DNA from: Octopus bimaculoides
Lineage: Eukaryota
Reading direction: 5' to 3'
DNA: 64,000 nucleotides
NCBI RefSeq assembly: GCF_001194135.2
Contig: NC_068985.1
Location: forward strand, 90,875,478 to 90,939,477
This document shows, piece by piece, positions 52,707-64,000 of this stretch. How positions within the stretch are numbered: position 1 is the stretch's first letter; each line of letters begins with the position of its first letter. Both the position numbers and the translations under genes were made by a program. The notes beneath the pieces were generated by a model. That model was not told where the DNA came from. It worked only from the letters and a program-made list of their open reading frames with translations, and made no database searches.

Positions 52707-52881
52707 NNNNNNNNNNNNNNNNNNNNNNNNNNNNNNNNNNNNNNNNNNNNNNNNNNNNNNNNNNNNNNNNNNNNNNNNNNNNNNNNNNNNNNNNNNNNNN
52801 NNNNNNNNNNNNNNNNNNNNNNNNNNNNNNNNNNNNNNNNNNNNNNNNNNNNNNNNNNNNNNNNNNNNNNNNNNNNNNNNN

Positions 52882-52918
<37 letters not shown>

Positions 52919-54192
52919 GTATGTGTGTATGTGTATGTGTGTGAGTGTGTGTGTGTGTGTGAATGTGAGTGTATATTTGTGTGTGTGTGTTTGCGGATAA
53001 ATATATTATTATTTCACAGACAGAGTGATAGTTATACCATCGTCCTGTAGCACCACAAAATTGATAACCTTCACCCGGCACGAACAAGCAATGCCATTGT
53101 ACGTCTGTCACCTCATTTGATACACTAGCTAACTCACTGAATAGCATTTTCAAGCAGAATCTCCTTGCTTTCCACAAATTGTTCCAATTCAGACATCCAA
53201 ATTTGATTGGGCTTCCAAGCAGTTCATAAGTTTTCAGCAATTTACTTTCTATTTGTGGAAAGGACCCGATATTAATCACAGTTAGAAATAAATGTATGTA
53301 TACCCACGCACAAAAACACACACACACGCACACACACACACTCACACACACACACACATACACCCACACACACACACACACACACACACANNNNNNNNNN
53401 NNNNNNNNNNNNNNNNNNNNNNNNNNNNNNNNNNNNNNNNNNNNNNNNNNNNNNNNNNNNNNNNNNNNNNNNNNNNNNNNNNNNNNNNNNNNNNNNNNNN
53501 NNNNNNNNNNNNNNNNNNNNNNNNNNNNNNNNNNNNNNNNNNNNNNNNNNNNNNNNNNNNNNNNNNNNNNNNNNNNNNNNNNNNNNNNNNNNNNNNNNNN
53601 NNNNNNNNNNNNNNNNNNNNNNNNNNNNNNNNNNNNNNNNNNNNNNNNNNNNNNNNNNNNNNNNNNNNNNNNNNNNNNNNNNNNNNNNNNNNNNNNNNNN
53701 NNNNNNNNNNNNNNNNNNNNNNNNNNNNNNNNNNNNNNNNNNNNNNNNNNNNNNNNNNNNNNNNNNNNNNNNNNNNNNNNNNNNNNNNNNNNNNNNNNNN
53801 NNNNNNNNNNNNNNNNNNNNNNNNNNNNNNNNNNNNNNNNNNNNNNNNNNNNNNNNNNNNNNNNNNNNNNNNNNNNNNNNNNNNNNNNNNNNNNNNNNNN
53901 NNNNNNNNNNNNNNNNNNNNNNNNNNNNNNNNNNNNNNNNNNNNNNNNNNNNNNNNNNNNNNNNNNNNNNNNNNNNNNNNNNNNNNNNNNNNNNNNNNNN
54001 NNNNNNNNNNNNNNNNNNNNNNNNNNNNNNNNNNNNNNNNNNNNNNNNNNNNNNNNNNNNNNNNNNNNNNNNNNNNNNNNNNNNNNNNNNNNNNNNNNNN
54101 NNNNNNNNNNNNNNNCCACACAAGAAAAATATTTTAAAATCTTAAGCTACATTTTTCTCGAAATAACGAATGGAAAACTGAATTTAAATATT

Positions 54193-54407
54193 CCTTCTTG
54201 CTCTTAGCAAAAAGGGCCAAAAATGTTGGGAAGGGGGCCAGTCGATTAGATCGACTCTAGTACGCAACTGGTACTTAATTCATCGCCACCGAAAGGATGA
54301 AAGGCAAAGTCGACCTTTGTGGAATTTGAACGCAGAAAGTAAAGGGAGACAAAATACCGCTAATCATTTCGCCCGGCCTGTTAAGGTTTGTGCCAGCTCG
54401 CCGCCTT
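54193..54407 (-). mobile_element. SINE family B, full length with ~14-bp target-site duplication
   Basis: TGAATTTAAATATT (54179-54192) / TGAATTTTAATATT (54411-54424); body GAAAGGATGAAAGGCAAAGTCGAC; head GCCAGCTCGCCGCCTT. Confidence 0.9.
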
Positions 54408-56372
54408 AAATGAATTTTAATATTAAGAGCAATAGACTTGATTGATGTCAGTAGAATTTTGTTCATATTCATATTTTCTTTATGCATATATTGAGTATTA
54501 AATAAAGGGGACGAAAGTAACTCCTGTGAACTCACCTCTGATAGATATGAATATCAAGAGTATAACAAATTTGGAAATTATATGAACTCATGATGCGACT
54601 ACAAAGACGTAAATGTCTTCTGAATATCGATTTTCTGTAAACAATCGCAAACATGCCTTGCTATTTGGCAGACTTAAAAAACAAATACTTTCACATTTAA
54701 ATAACAGTTTTTCATTGCAGTTCTCCTAACAATAATGATGTCAAATTTATCACATTGAGCCATATACAGCGGAATGCGTAGGGAGGTCTATGAGAAATAG
54801 GGCAAGGTTTGCATATTCTTTTCATAGCTTGCGATATTATGGTAATTTTAGCATAATATTATTCAGTCTTTTCTAGTGAGCATGTTGGATAAATTTAATT
54901 GAATTATATGCGGAAAGTTCGATTTTAATGAATATCTTTGATATAAAAGGATAAGTAAACCATTGTCTAGCTATTCAATTAGTGTTTTTTATTATAGTTT
55001 ATATTTTGTGTAACTCCAGAAAGACTATATGCTTTCAGCACAACGCAGCACAATGTAATGAGCAACATTCTCTTGATGTATACCTTATTTCTTCGTTACA
55101 GTTCGTTAGGCATATTGTAAATATGTGATTATATATTCACAATATATTATAAAATGCAATCAACATCTAAACAATGGTAATGTTTGGATAACGGCGATAA
55201 TAAATCCAAAAGCATTCTAATTTTATTCCGAAACTAATCGTATTTTATGAATTTAAATTTCATGTTAAGCGACAAATTTGTGTATAACGGAAACACGTAG
55301 GGTAACGTTGGTTTCCCTATTGACGTGTTGCATCACATTTAAATTCATTGCAGCGCGTTGTGTAGGCAGCTTCAAGCATTAAGCAGCAATGAATTTTGCA
55401 TGTTAAAATAAGAAAATCTTGTTTCTTAATTTTTATTTTCCCAAAAAGTTTCTTTTCAAAACAGAATATAAAATGGGTTTTCTTATTCCAAAAGCTCACA
55501 TGATAAGGACATTAATACCTACAGAATTTGGAAGTCTCACTTATTTTCATTTAACATGAATTATAGAAGCGTTCCATATTAAGAAAAAAAACTAAAAGAT
55601 AGTTAAACAGTATGGGACGTTGCAATTTTGTTTCCTAGTTTATGTAAAAGGTATGAATCGATATAAATATCATTAACGTAATCTATAAATTCAACCAAAA
55701 GGACGTTTCAAATAAACGTATTGCGGATCGTAAATATACAACTGTTAAACGATTCTCATATGCTACAACTTCCGTACAACTATAGAAGGAAATTGATAAG
55801 TTCGATCAATGAATAAAATAAAATATCAAGTACATTACAGACACCACAGCTAATATGTGAAAAATTCCATTTGATTATACGTGACTGAAATAAAATGATC
55901 AGAGTCAACGCGGGATGAGTTTTAATAATAATAGCATCATATACTTATATTTTTGAAACTGTAAAATAGTCAAAAATTAGGGCCCGATCACAGTTAAATT
56001 AAATGTTGTTGATTTACTACTTATATTGGAGTTTGGAAAATTTGAAATTCATGTAGATCATAATGAAAATTTAGTTTCTGTCGAATATTTAGATCACTCC
56101 AATCTGACAAATACGTTGGTTCAACAGAGCGTAAGCTCTGGTATATTTTACAGGGAAGATGCAACAAACAATATGCATTCTACGAAATGTCCTTTACTTG
56201 GTTAAGTGAACTCATAAAATCATAAATGGAACACGCATTTAATCATCTGCGAAAATTTATTTAAGGAATATACTCACTGGTTAATATTTCCCTACATACA
56301 TGAAAAATACAATTTAAGTTAATGTATCTTTAGCTGGAATGACTTAAATCATATTAGTTTTGAATCAATGAT

Positions 56373-56558
56373 AAGGTGGCGAACTGGCAGAATTGTCAGA
56401 ATGCCACACAAAATTCTGTGCGACATTTCGTGTGTCATTATGCCCTGATTCCAAATTCAAGCAAAGTCGACCTTCCTATTCATCCTTTTGGAGCCGTATA
56501 AGTACTTCATCCCTCCCCTCCAAAACTGATAGCCTTTGTGATAAAGTTTGAAACCATT
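56373..56558 (+). mobile_element. SINE family B (variant tail ending GAAACCATTA)
   Basis: AAGGTGGCGAACTGGCAGAATTGT..CAAATTC..AAGTCGACCTTCCTATTCATCCTTTTGGAG..TAAGTAC. Confidence 0.75.
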
Positions 56559-57234
56559 ACTTTTGGATCAGAGCTGACCCACACAACAACATCTTTACTG
56601 GATTTAACTTTTAATTATGATACTATGGTATGAGTATCCAGTATGAATCGTTGTTGTAAACTATACGTAGTAAGTAATTCTTAACATCATATACTTTAGC
56701 CAAATTCATTTCCTATGTTTCAAATTCAGCATATAAGTTTCAAAAAAATCTTAAACATATTTCTCACAAAAGAAATACAATTTACTCAACAAGTAATTCC
56801 TGCTGTATAGAAAAAAGTCGTTAATATAAATATCTGGCTTCTCTTCCAACGTAGAAATTATCATTTCTCCCAAATGTGTATAACGTATTTCTCTAAGATC
56901 GTAAATAACTATGGAGCATGGATCTGGCATATGACCCGTCGTGTTTTATACTTGATGCTGTTAAATCTCTCTTAGGGAAATTGTGCATTTATTTTGTGCA
57001 TCGTTACTCAAATTACTAATATTGAAGTGGATTACGAGGAGATACATATTATGACCTCGGTAATTGCAAAATGCGCCTGAAATATATAATAACGTTAGCT
57101 ATGTATTCACATAGTTTATACAGGAAACATGAACAATTTGATTTTCTCTGCTGAAAATATAAGCTATTTCTACCCTTCCACTCAAATGAATATAGGCACA
57201 CAAACACATGGATAGAGGGAAAGAACAATAATGT

Positions 57235-57240
<6 letters not shown>

Positions 57241-57311
<71 letters not shown>
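57241..57311. repeat. (GA)n microsatellite
   Basis: Direct inspection. Confidence 0.97.
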
Positions 57312-57316
<5 letters not shown>

Positions 57317-58215
57317 CTTCCAAGTATAGCATGTGTAAATAATGAAAGTAAATCATGGAAGTAAGACAGTACTTGATCTACAGAGATTAAGTGTATTAAT
57401 AGCAAACTATATGAATAGCAATTGATGTATTAACTAACAAATTTTGTGCATGCACATCTTTAAGCAAAATGGAGGTTGTTTTTTTGTTAGTAGGAAATGA
57501 ACAATTGTGATTCACTTAAGGCTGTTCACAGCTCAATTGGAAAAATGTCTTTTGTTGACTTGAACATTAATTTCCTGTCCTAATCCTATGGGAGTCCTTT
57601 GAATGTTAGGGAATGTTTTCTCATTTACTGGAACAATAGATCATCCAAAAGAAAGAATAAAAGATTACATAGCATACCTTGTGAAGTATGTTCTAATGTC
57701 TAATAGCAATTAAACGGTTTTCGTATGATTTGTTTCAGGAAAAATGCGATGCAACGATGCAAATATAAAGAAATTGTGAATACCAACACGCATGGATGTA
57801 AATTAAGACATAATACGTAATAAAATACACATAAATATATTTTACACGTGCAGCGTGTGCACGTGAGTGTACCATTGGTGTGTCTCAGTGAGATGCTCAC
57901 TTAATTTTTACATATGATGCTACCAATATCGAACACGAATTATTCAGATATTCGTACTACTACTTGCCGGTACATGAAGTGATTAACTTTATTCTATAAA
58001 TAGTAGTGTCCTTAAATTTAGGAGAATATCATACGGATATACGTATTGTAAAATATTAAATAATCTCTACAAAATTACACTTTCCGTTCTGGAAAAGTGA
58101 AATGATTGGAGTGTTTCTTTTTAAAATTTTAGTCACTTAATGAAATAAGAACACTTGACAAATTTCAGCTGGAGGCTCATAGTTAAACTCAGTTGGAACA
58201 CTTATTTACACCTAA

Positions 58216-58440
<225 letters not shown>

Positions 58441-58871
58441 TATATGCGCCTTTGTGTCTAGTTTTCCGTATGCTTGTCTATCTATATTCATATGCGTGTT
58501 CGCGTGGGAAACCTGTATATGCATGGGCGGTATTACTATTCATGGTTTCGTATTGTCCATATATATAAGTTTGCATGCGCATTGCTGTCCCTCAAGAAAC
58601 AAGAGTGAAGACACCCTGTAATGCATTTTAATTTGTCATTGTCTCGTTAAACTATTGTCTCTGAAGTATGCTAGAGCGACTAGGATTTTATATTTATTAT
58701 TTTTTTATTATAGGTACAAAGAATATTTATCACATGGATAAAATAATCATATATATTTCAATATGCTTTTACAGATGTATTTCTTTTCCACAAGTTTTGG
58801 CGAGACATTCACCTAGCACATATATGCAAATATTTATTTGCATAAAACATATACATTCACACACACATATG

Positions 58872-58924
<53 letters not shown>

Positions 58925-60000
58925 ACACACACATACACACACACACACGCAGATAAATATTTACATATATACACCAACACACCCACACCCACATATATCA
59001 AATATGCGCATAAATTGTATAAGTATGTAATAAAGTAACAGAAAATGATCAAATCGTCTTCAATCTCAAGCTAAGAATATCGATGCAGATTCAAATTTAA
59101 ATGACTGATGACATATGATTTACAAATTAAAACATCTAGCACTTTAGTGAAACGTATTGTAACTAATTCATACTTTTCGCAAACAAAATTAAGTCTTCTC
59201 GTGTTACAAAAATATTAAGCCTAACCCGTGCTGCCAAAAATACTAAGTGTCAGTCACGATATACGATTGATGTACATCCATGAACTAAATAAATTTCGTG
59301 CAGATTTAAAATTATACAGATTTATGCTTATTTCAAACCGATGTTTTGCTCACCAGTAGACTTAAAAATTGTGACATTATTCGATGTAGTTTTAAACTAT
59401 CTAACACCTACTATATATATATATTAAAAAAAAATAAGTTAGGTGGCGTGTTCAAATAATGAGGATTGATATTTCTATCTGGTTTTACAACTTAGATGTT
59501 CACTCTTTGGCACGATTTACTTTATGCTGACCTATAAATAAATAAATAAAAAAAATTCAAAGCTACATTTTGCAAACATTTTAATCGAATTGCCCATCCA
59601 GTTTTGTTTTGGTTTTGGTAGAATCTTTACAACTATATCTCATATTTTATTATACTTTATGGGCATCTTATGATATATGACTTCTGATATATATATTACG
59701 AAATATTTCTTCATATATGTTTTTAATATTTGTCTCGTGTGTTTTATTGTAGTTAAACACTCTTCCCTTAGGTAAAAACAATTTTTTTCTCATTTCCTTT
59801 AAACTGCATTCGAGATTTTTACATTAAAAGGTTTTCGAAAGAGAAAACGAGGAAAACAAGATACATATTCCTATGGTTATTTCCTAAACTCATAAATGTA
59901 AATGTGATTTCTAACTTTGGGAAAATTTAATATGTGTTCTTTTTATGCCTCTTTAATATCGGTTTTATTGCAATTTCCCCCAAATGCGTTTTATTTGAAT

Positions 60001-60127
<127 letters not shown>

Positions 60128-60698
60128 TTCAAAACAGAACTTTTTTTCTATGTTTATAACGATTAAACCTTATCCTGTGATACTGCATAAATTCTAATAT
60201 CGAATATAGCATCTTCCCTTTTATTATTGCTTTGCATATCAGAAATTGTTATTCAGAAACTACATTTGACTCTTGTTTTTTCAAACTGACGTTACATATC
60301 ATTTCAATTTCATTTTGTGAAATAGCATATCTTCCAATCCCTGTAAAACAGTACTTAAATAAATTTGTAAGCTAAATAGGAAACATATTGTTTCATATGT
60401 AGAAAATTACGAGCGTTTTATTACATTTCCTTTTTCTATACATTACACTCAATGTCATCATAATCAACTATAATTTATATTTTCATACTTTAGTATCCAT
60501 GGTGGATTTTAGTTGACCTAATCATGATAAAATCGAGAAACGAAAAATTGTGTAGATATGGACACTAGGCCTTATGAACAAAGAGAACACAAATTCAGAG
60601 TGAAATATTGTTAGATATGTATAATGTTATTGAACTGTTTCTAGAACTACAGTATGTTAAAACACAACTATAACGAGAAAAATAATTGTACTTTAATG

Positions 60699-60915
60699 GA
60701 AGAAGAAGAAGAAGAAGAAGAAGAAGAAGAAGAAGAAGAAGAAGAAGAAGAAGAAGAAGAAGAAGAAGAAGAAGAAGAAGAAGACGAAGAAGAAGAAGAA
60801 GAAGAAGAAGAAGAAGAAGAAGAAGAAGAAGAAGAAGAAGAAGAAGAAGAAGAAGAAGAAGAGAGAGAGAGACAGAGAGAGACAGAGAGAGACAGAGACA
60901 GAGACAGGCAGACAG
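60699..60915. repeat. (GAA)n then (GA/GACA)n running into a gap
   Basis: Direct inspection. Confidence 0.96.
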
Positions 60916-61800
60916 NNNNNNNNNNNNNNNNNNNNNNNNNNNNNNNNNNNNNNNNNNNNNNNNNNNNNNNNNNNNNNNNNNNNNNNNNNNNNNNNNNNNN
61001 NNNNNNNNNNNNNNNNNNNNNNNNNNNNNNNNNNNNNNNNNNNNNNNNNNNNNNNNNNNNNNNNNNNNNNNNNNNNNNNNNNNNNNNNNNNNNNNNNNNN
61101 NNNNNNNNNNNNNNNNNNNNNNNNNNNNNNNNNNNNNNNNNNNNNNNNNNNNNNNNNNNNNNNNNNNNNNNNNNNNNNNNNNNNNNNNNNNNNNNNNNNN
61201 NNNNNNNNNNNNNNNNNNNNNNNNNNNNNNNNNNNNNNNNNNNNNNNNNNNNNNNNNNNNNNNNNNNNNNNNNNNNNNNNNNNNNNNNNNNNNNNNNNNN
61301 NNNNNNNNNNNNNNNNNNNNNNNNNNNNNNNNNNNNNNNNNNNNNNNNNNNNNNNNNNNNNNNNNNNNNNNNNNNNNNNNNNNNNNNNNNNNNNNNNNNN
61401 NNNNNNNNNNNNNNNNNNNNNNNNNNNNNNNNNNNNNNNNNNNNNNNNNNNNNNNNNNNNNNNNNNNNNNNNNNNNNNNNNNNNNNNNNNNNNNNNNNNN
61501 NNNNNNNNNNNNNNNNNNNNNNNNNNNNNNNNNNNNNNNNNNNNNNNNNNNNNNNNNNNNNNNNNNNNNNNNNNNNNNNNNNNNNNNNNNNNNNNNNNNN
61601 NNNNNNNNNNNNNNNNNNNNNNNNNNNNNNNNNNNNNNNNNNNNNNNNNNNNNNNNNNNNNNNNNNNNNNNNNNNNNNNNNNNNNNNNNNNNNNNNNNNN
61701 NNNNNNNNNNNNNNNNNNNNNNNNNNNNNNNNNNNNNNNNNNNNNNNNNNNNNNNNNNNNNNNNNNNNNNNNNNNNNNNNNNNNNNNNNNNNNNNNNNNN

Positions 61801-61821
61801 GAGTTCAATTCCAGACAGTGA

Positions 61822-61859
<38 letters not shown>

Positions 61860-62000
61860 TCAAAAAATACCTTAGGAAAGAGAACCCAGGTTCGAAACTT
61901 CCCCAGGACAACTGATGAAGGTTCGAGGGTATATCAGCCGAAACGTTGTGTTAACAAAGAAGATGAGGACAAATATCCGTCAAATGTAAATAATGTAAAT
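61801..62000 (+). mobile_element. Family H1 SINE (head truncated by the gap) with hammerhead motif
   Basis: B-box GAGTTCAATTCCAG, (AAT)n, AAAAATACCTTAGGAAAGAGAACCCAGGTTCGAAAC, hammerhead, GAGGACAAATATCCGTCAAATGTAAATAATGTAAAT. Confidence 0.87.
61907..61952 (+). ncRNA. Minimal type-I hammerhead ribozyme motif with intact catalytic core
   Basis: GACAA-CUGAUGA-A-GGUU(CGAGGGUAUAUC)AGCC-GAAAC-GUU-GUGUU. It has both conserved boxes, a 4-bp stem II and a palindromic ACGU in place of stem III. Predicted cleavage is after GUU (61947); the first pair of stem I is an A.G mismatch. Confidence 0.65.
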
Positions 62001-62581
62001 TGATTTTGAGAAAGATTTTTTTGAAAAGGCGGCTCTAAATTAGATAAATGAATATGTAGCCCCTCATCACTGTCCGGGATTCCGTGTGCCTATGTAAGAG
62101 TAATATACACTGTGTGATTTTTTTCCCGTGTGGAATGTCTGCATGTGTAAGTCGATTATTTGAAGTATAACATAGTTTTAGACTGTTACAATTTTGTTGT
62201 AACAAAATTGAAGTAGACTACGCGAGTCATTTCATCGTTTGTCGGTTTCCACAGTTGATTATAGATTTGGGTGTTAGCATACTATGATGTTACGATACAA
62301 ATATATTGAATGTGACACACATCGGCAACTGCTTCTCTCGCGACGAGTAATGGCATTTTTTGTTTTCTATTTTATTGATCTTCAAATGATCCATGGAATG
62401 ATTGGCCTCACTGGCAACTAAAATGAAATCATGATAACAATCCGGTATGTAACTGTTAGAAATTGAATTCATCAATTGTGTGTGCGTGTGTGTGCGTGTG
62501 TCTGTGTCTGTGTTTGTGTGTGTGTGAGTGTGTGTGTCTGGGTGTGTGTGTGTATGTGTGTGTGCGTGTGTATGTGGGTGG

Positions 62582-62629
<48 letters not shown>

Positions 62630-62686
62630 GTTATATGTCCGAATTCATGTAATATATAATGGTTTCTTCGTGCTTGGAAATAGGTG

Positions 62687-62775
62687 CCGTAATCCCTTGA
62701 ATTTCGCGGGTGTTATATTCGAAACTACGAAGCGATAGTTGAAAATCCGCGCAGTAGAAACAGTACTGTACAGTA
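62687..62775. mobile_element. Terminus of the same pogo/Tigger-like MITE family as 31443-31677
   Basis: CCGTAATCCCTTGAATTTCGCGGGTGTTA is the reverse complement of a sequence close to TAACACCCGCGATAGTCGAGAGATTATTG (31648-31675). Confidence 0.55.
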
Positions 62776-63218
62776 TATATTTTTAAAAAATTATTTTTGT
62801 AATTTTTATGTATTTATTTTATTATGAATGCAAAACAACAGCACTCGCCTCTTGAGCTTCCTTTTCTATACAGTATGTGCGATTCATTGTTTAATCATCT
62901 ACGGTACACTACGTATTTTATTCTAATATATTTAAATTAATGTATTATACAGTGCGGTTCTGTTCTGAATTTGTATTTAATAACTTCATTTTTGGCCTAA
63001 AAATGCTTATTTTACAGCAGAAATGAATACAATCTGAAAAGATTTATAAATACCTATCAGCCACAGAAACCCGACGAACCGTTAAGCTGTAAGGATTTAA
63101 ACTTGCCAAAACCTGTTGTTAAGCAATGGGAGGGAACAAATACTGACAGAAAGATACAAACATGCACACACACACACATGCACAAACACACAGACAGACA
63201 CTCGTATACATATATATA

Positions 63219-63255
63219 TATACAATAGGCTTCTTTCAGTTTCCGTCAAACAAAT
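63219..63255 (-). mobile_element. SINE family C core fragment
   Basis: GGCTTCTTTCAGTTTCCGTC is the reverse complement of GACGGAAACTGAAAGAAGCC. Confidence 0.6.
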
Positions 63256-64000
63256 GCAGTCAGAGCCCTTTGATGGACCCAAGACTATAATAGGAGACAC
63301 ATTTCCAAGCAGCTACGGAGATGGATTGAACTTGGCATCATGTACTTGATAATCACACATCAAGGCAGAAACAAGCATTATTCGGGAGTGGTGTGAATAT
63401 AAAGAATAATTTAACCTAATAAATCTTAATTTTTATATGAAAAATTATTTCCGAGGTACGCAGGATTATAATTATTCGAATACGCTTATTTCAGAAAACC
63501 GTTATGGGAAATAATGGCTAATTATGTTTCAGATTTAGCAAAATGATAAAACTTTAAACGTAATAAAATTTCATGACATGCATCCATCGAAATCTAACAT
63601 GCGTTTATTTTTGGCTAAATCTTATGGCTCTAGGCTACAGCAAGGCATACGTTCAAATAAATTCTCTCAATGAAGATTTCATTAAATAAAAACAAGTATC
63701 ATCTATATTGGAGGTCATAATTATTAATTATTTTGGGGCTGATCACCGAGAGAGGGAACTTAAAATGGCAGTTTTTTTTCATTTCGACTGCAAAAATCAT
63801 CTGAACTACAATAATAATCGAACCAGCGGAAATATCTACGGAAATATGAACAGAGTTTATAAACTTAGTTCAATGCAAATATTGCCGGTGGACAAAGACA
63901 TGTTATTAAAAACGCATTAAGTGTCCTTGTAAGAAGCAAAAACATATTTCCACAATTGTTCACTACAATTCAATATTCTCTAATGCCTGGAAATTGACTC

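Noticed and set aside
55292-55329. Imperfect ~38-nt hairpin
   Set aside because: Short and bulged; chance-level.
59105-59156. CTGATGA ... GAAACGTA hammerhead-like boxes
   Set aside because: The intervening sequence cannot form stem II, stem I is weak, and it is not part of a repeat.

Overview
This is AT-rich, microsatellite-dense eukaryotic DNA from a draft assembly. It has 13 N-gaps, most abutting (TA)n/(CA)n/(GA)n runs: 8531-8698, 11541-11761, 12422-12696, 19217-19287, 24684-24789, 26142-26304, 27504-27803, 39946-40428, 41654-42243, 44510-44609, 52707-52881, 53391-54115, 60916-61800. The repeat content looks like an octopod cephalopod genome (inference). No protein-coding gene can be identified with confidence; nearly all ORFs in the track are microsatellite or gap artefacts, so this is probably a large intron or intergenic interval. 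It contains many copies of three tRNA-derived SINE families (called A, B, C here), a decayed CR1/L2-type LINE 3' end, a Tc1 transposase C-terminus, a pogo/Tigger-like MITE and a possible Gypsy pol relic. The most interesting signal is two repeat families carrying minimal type-I hammerhead ribozyme motifs of the Penelope-like kind. H1 is a tRNA-headed SINE with a CUGAUGA...GAAACGUU core; one copy sits head-to-head with a partner that has lost the ribozyme. H2 has a variant CUGUNGA core. There is also a ~260-bp foldback palindrome, two isolated perfect 17-18 bp hairpins (one pre-miRNA-shaped) and a multi-hairpin CpG-rich block at 22.4-22.6 kb. All alignments were done by eye.
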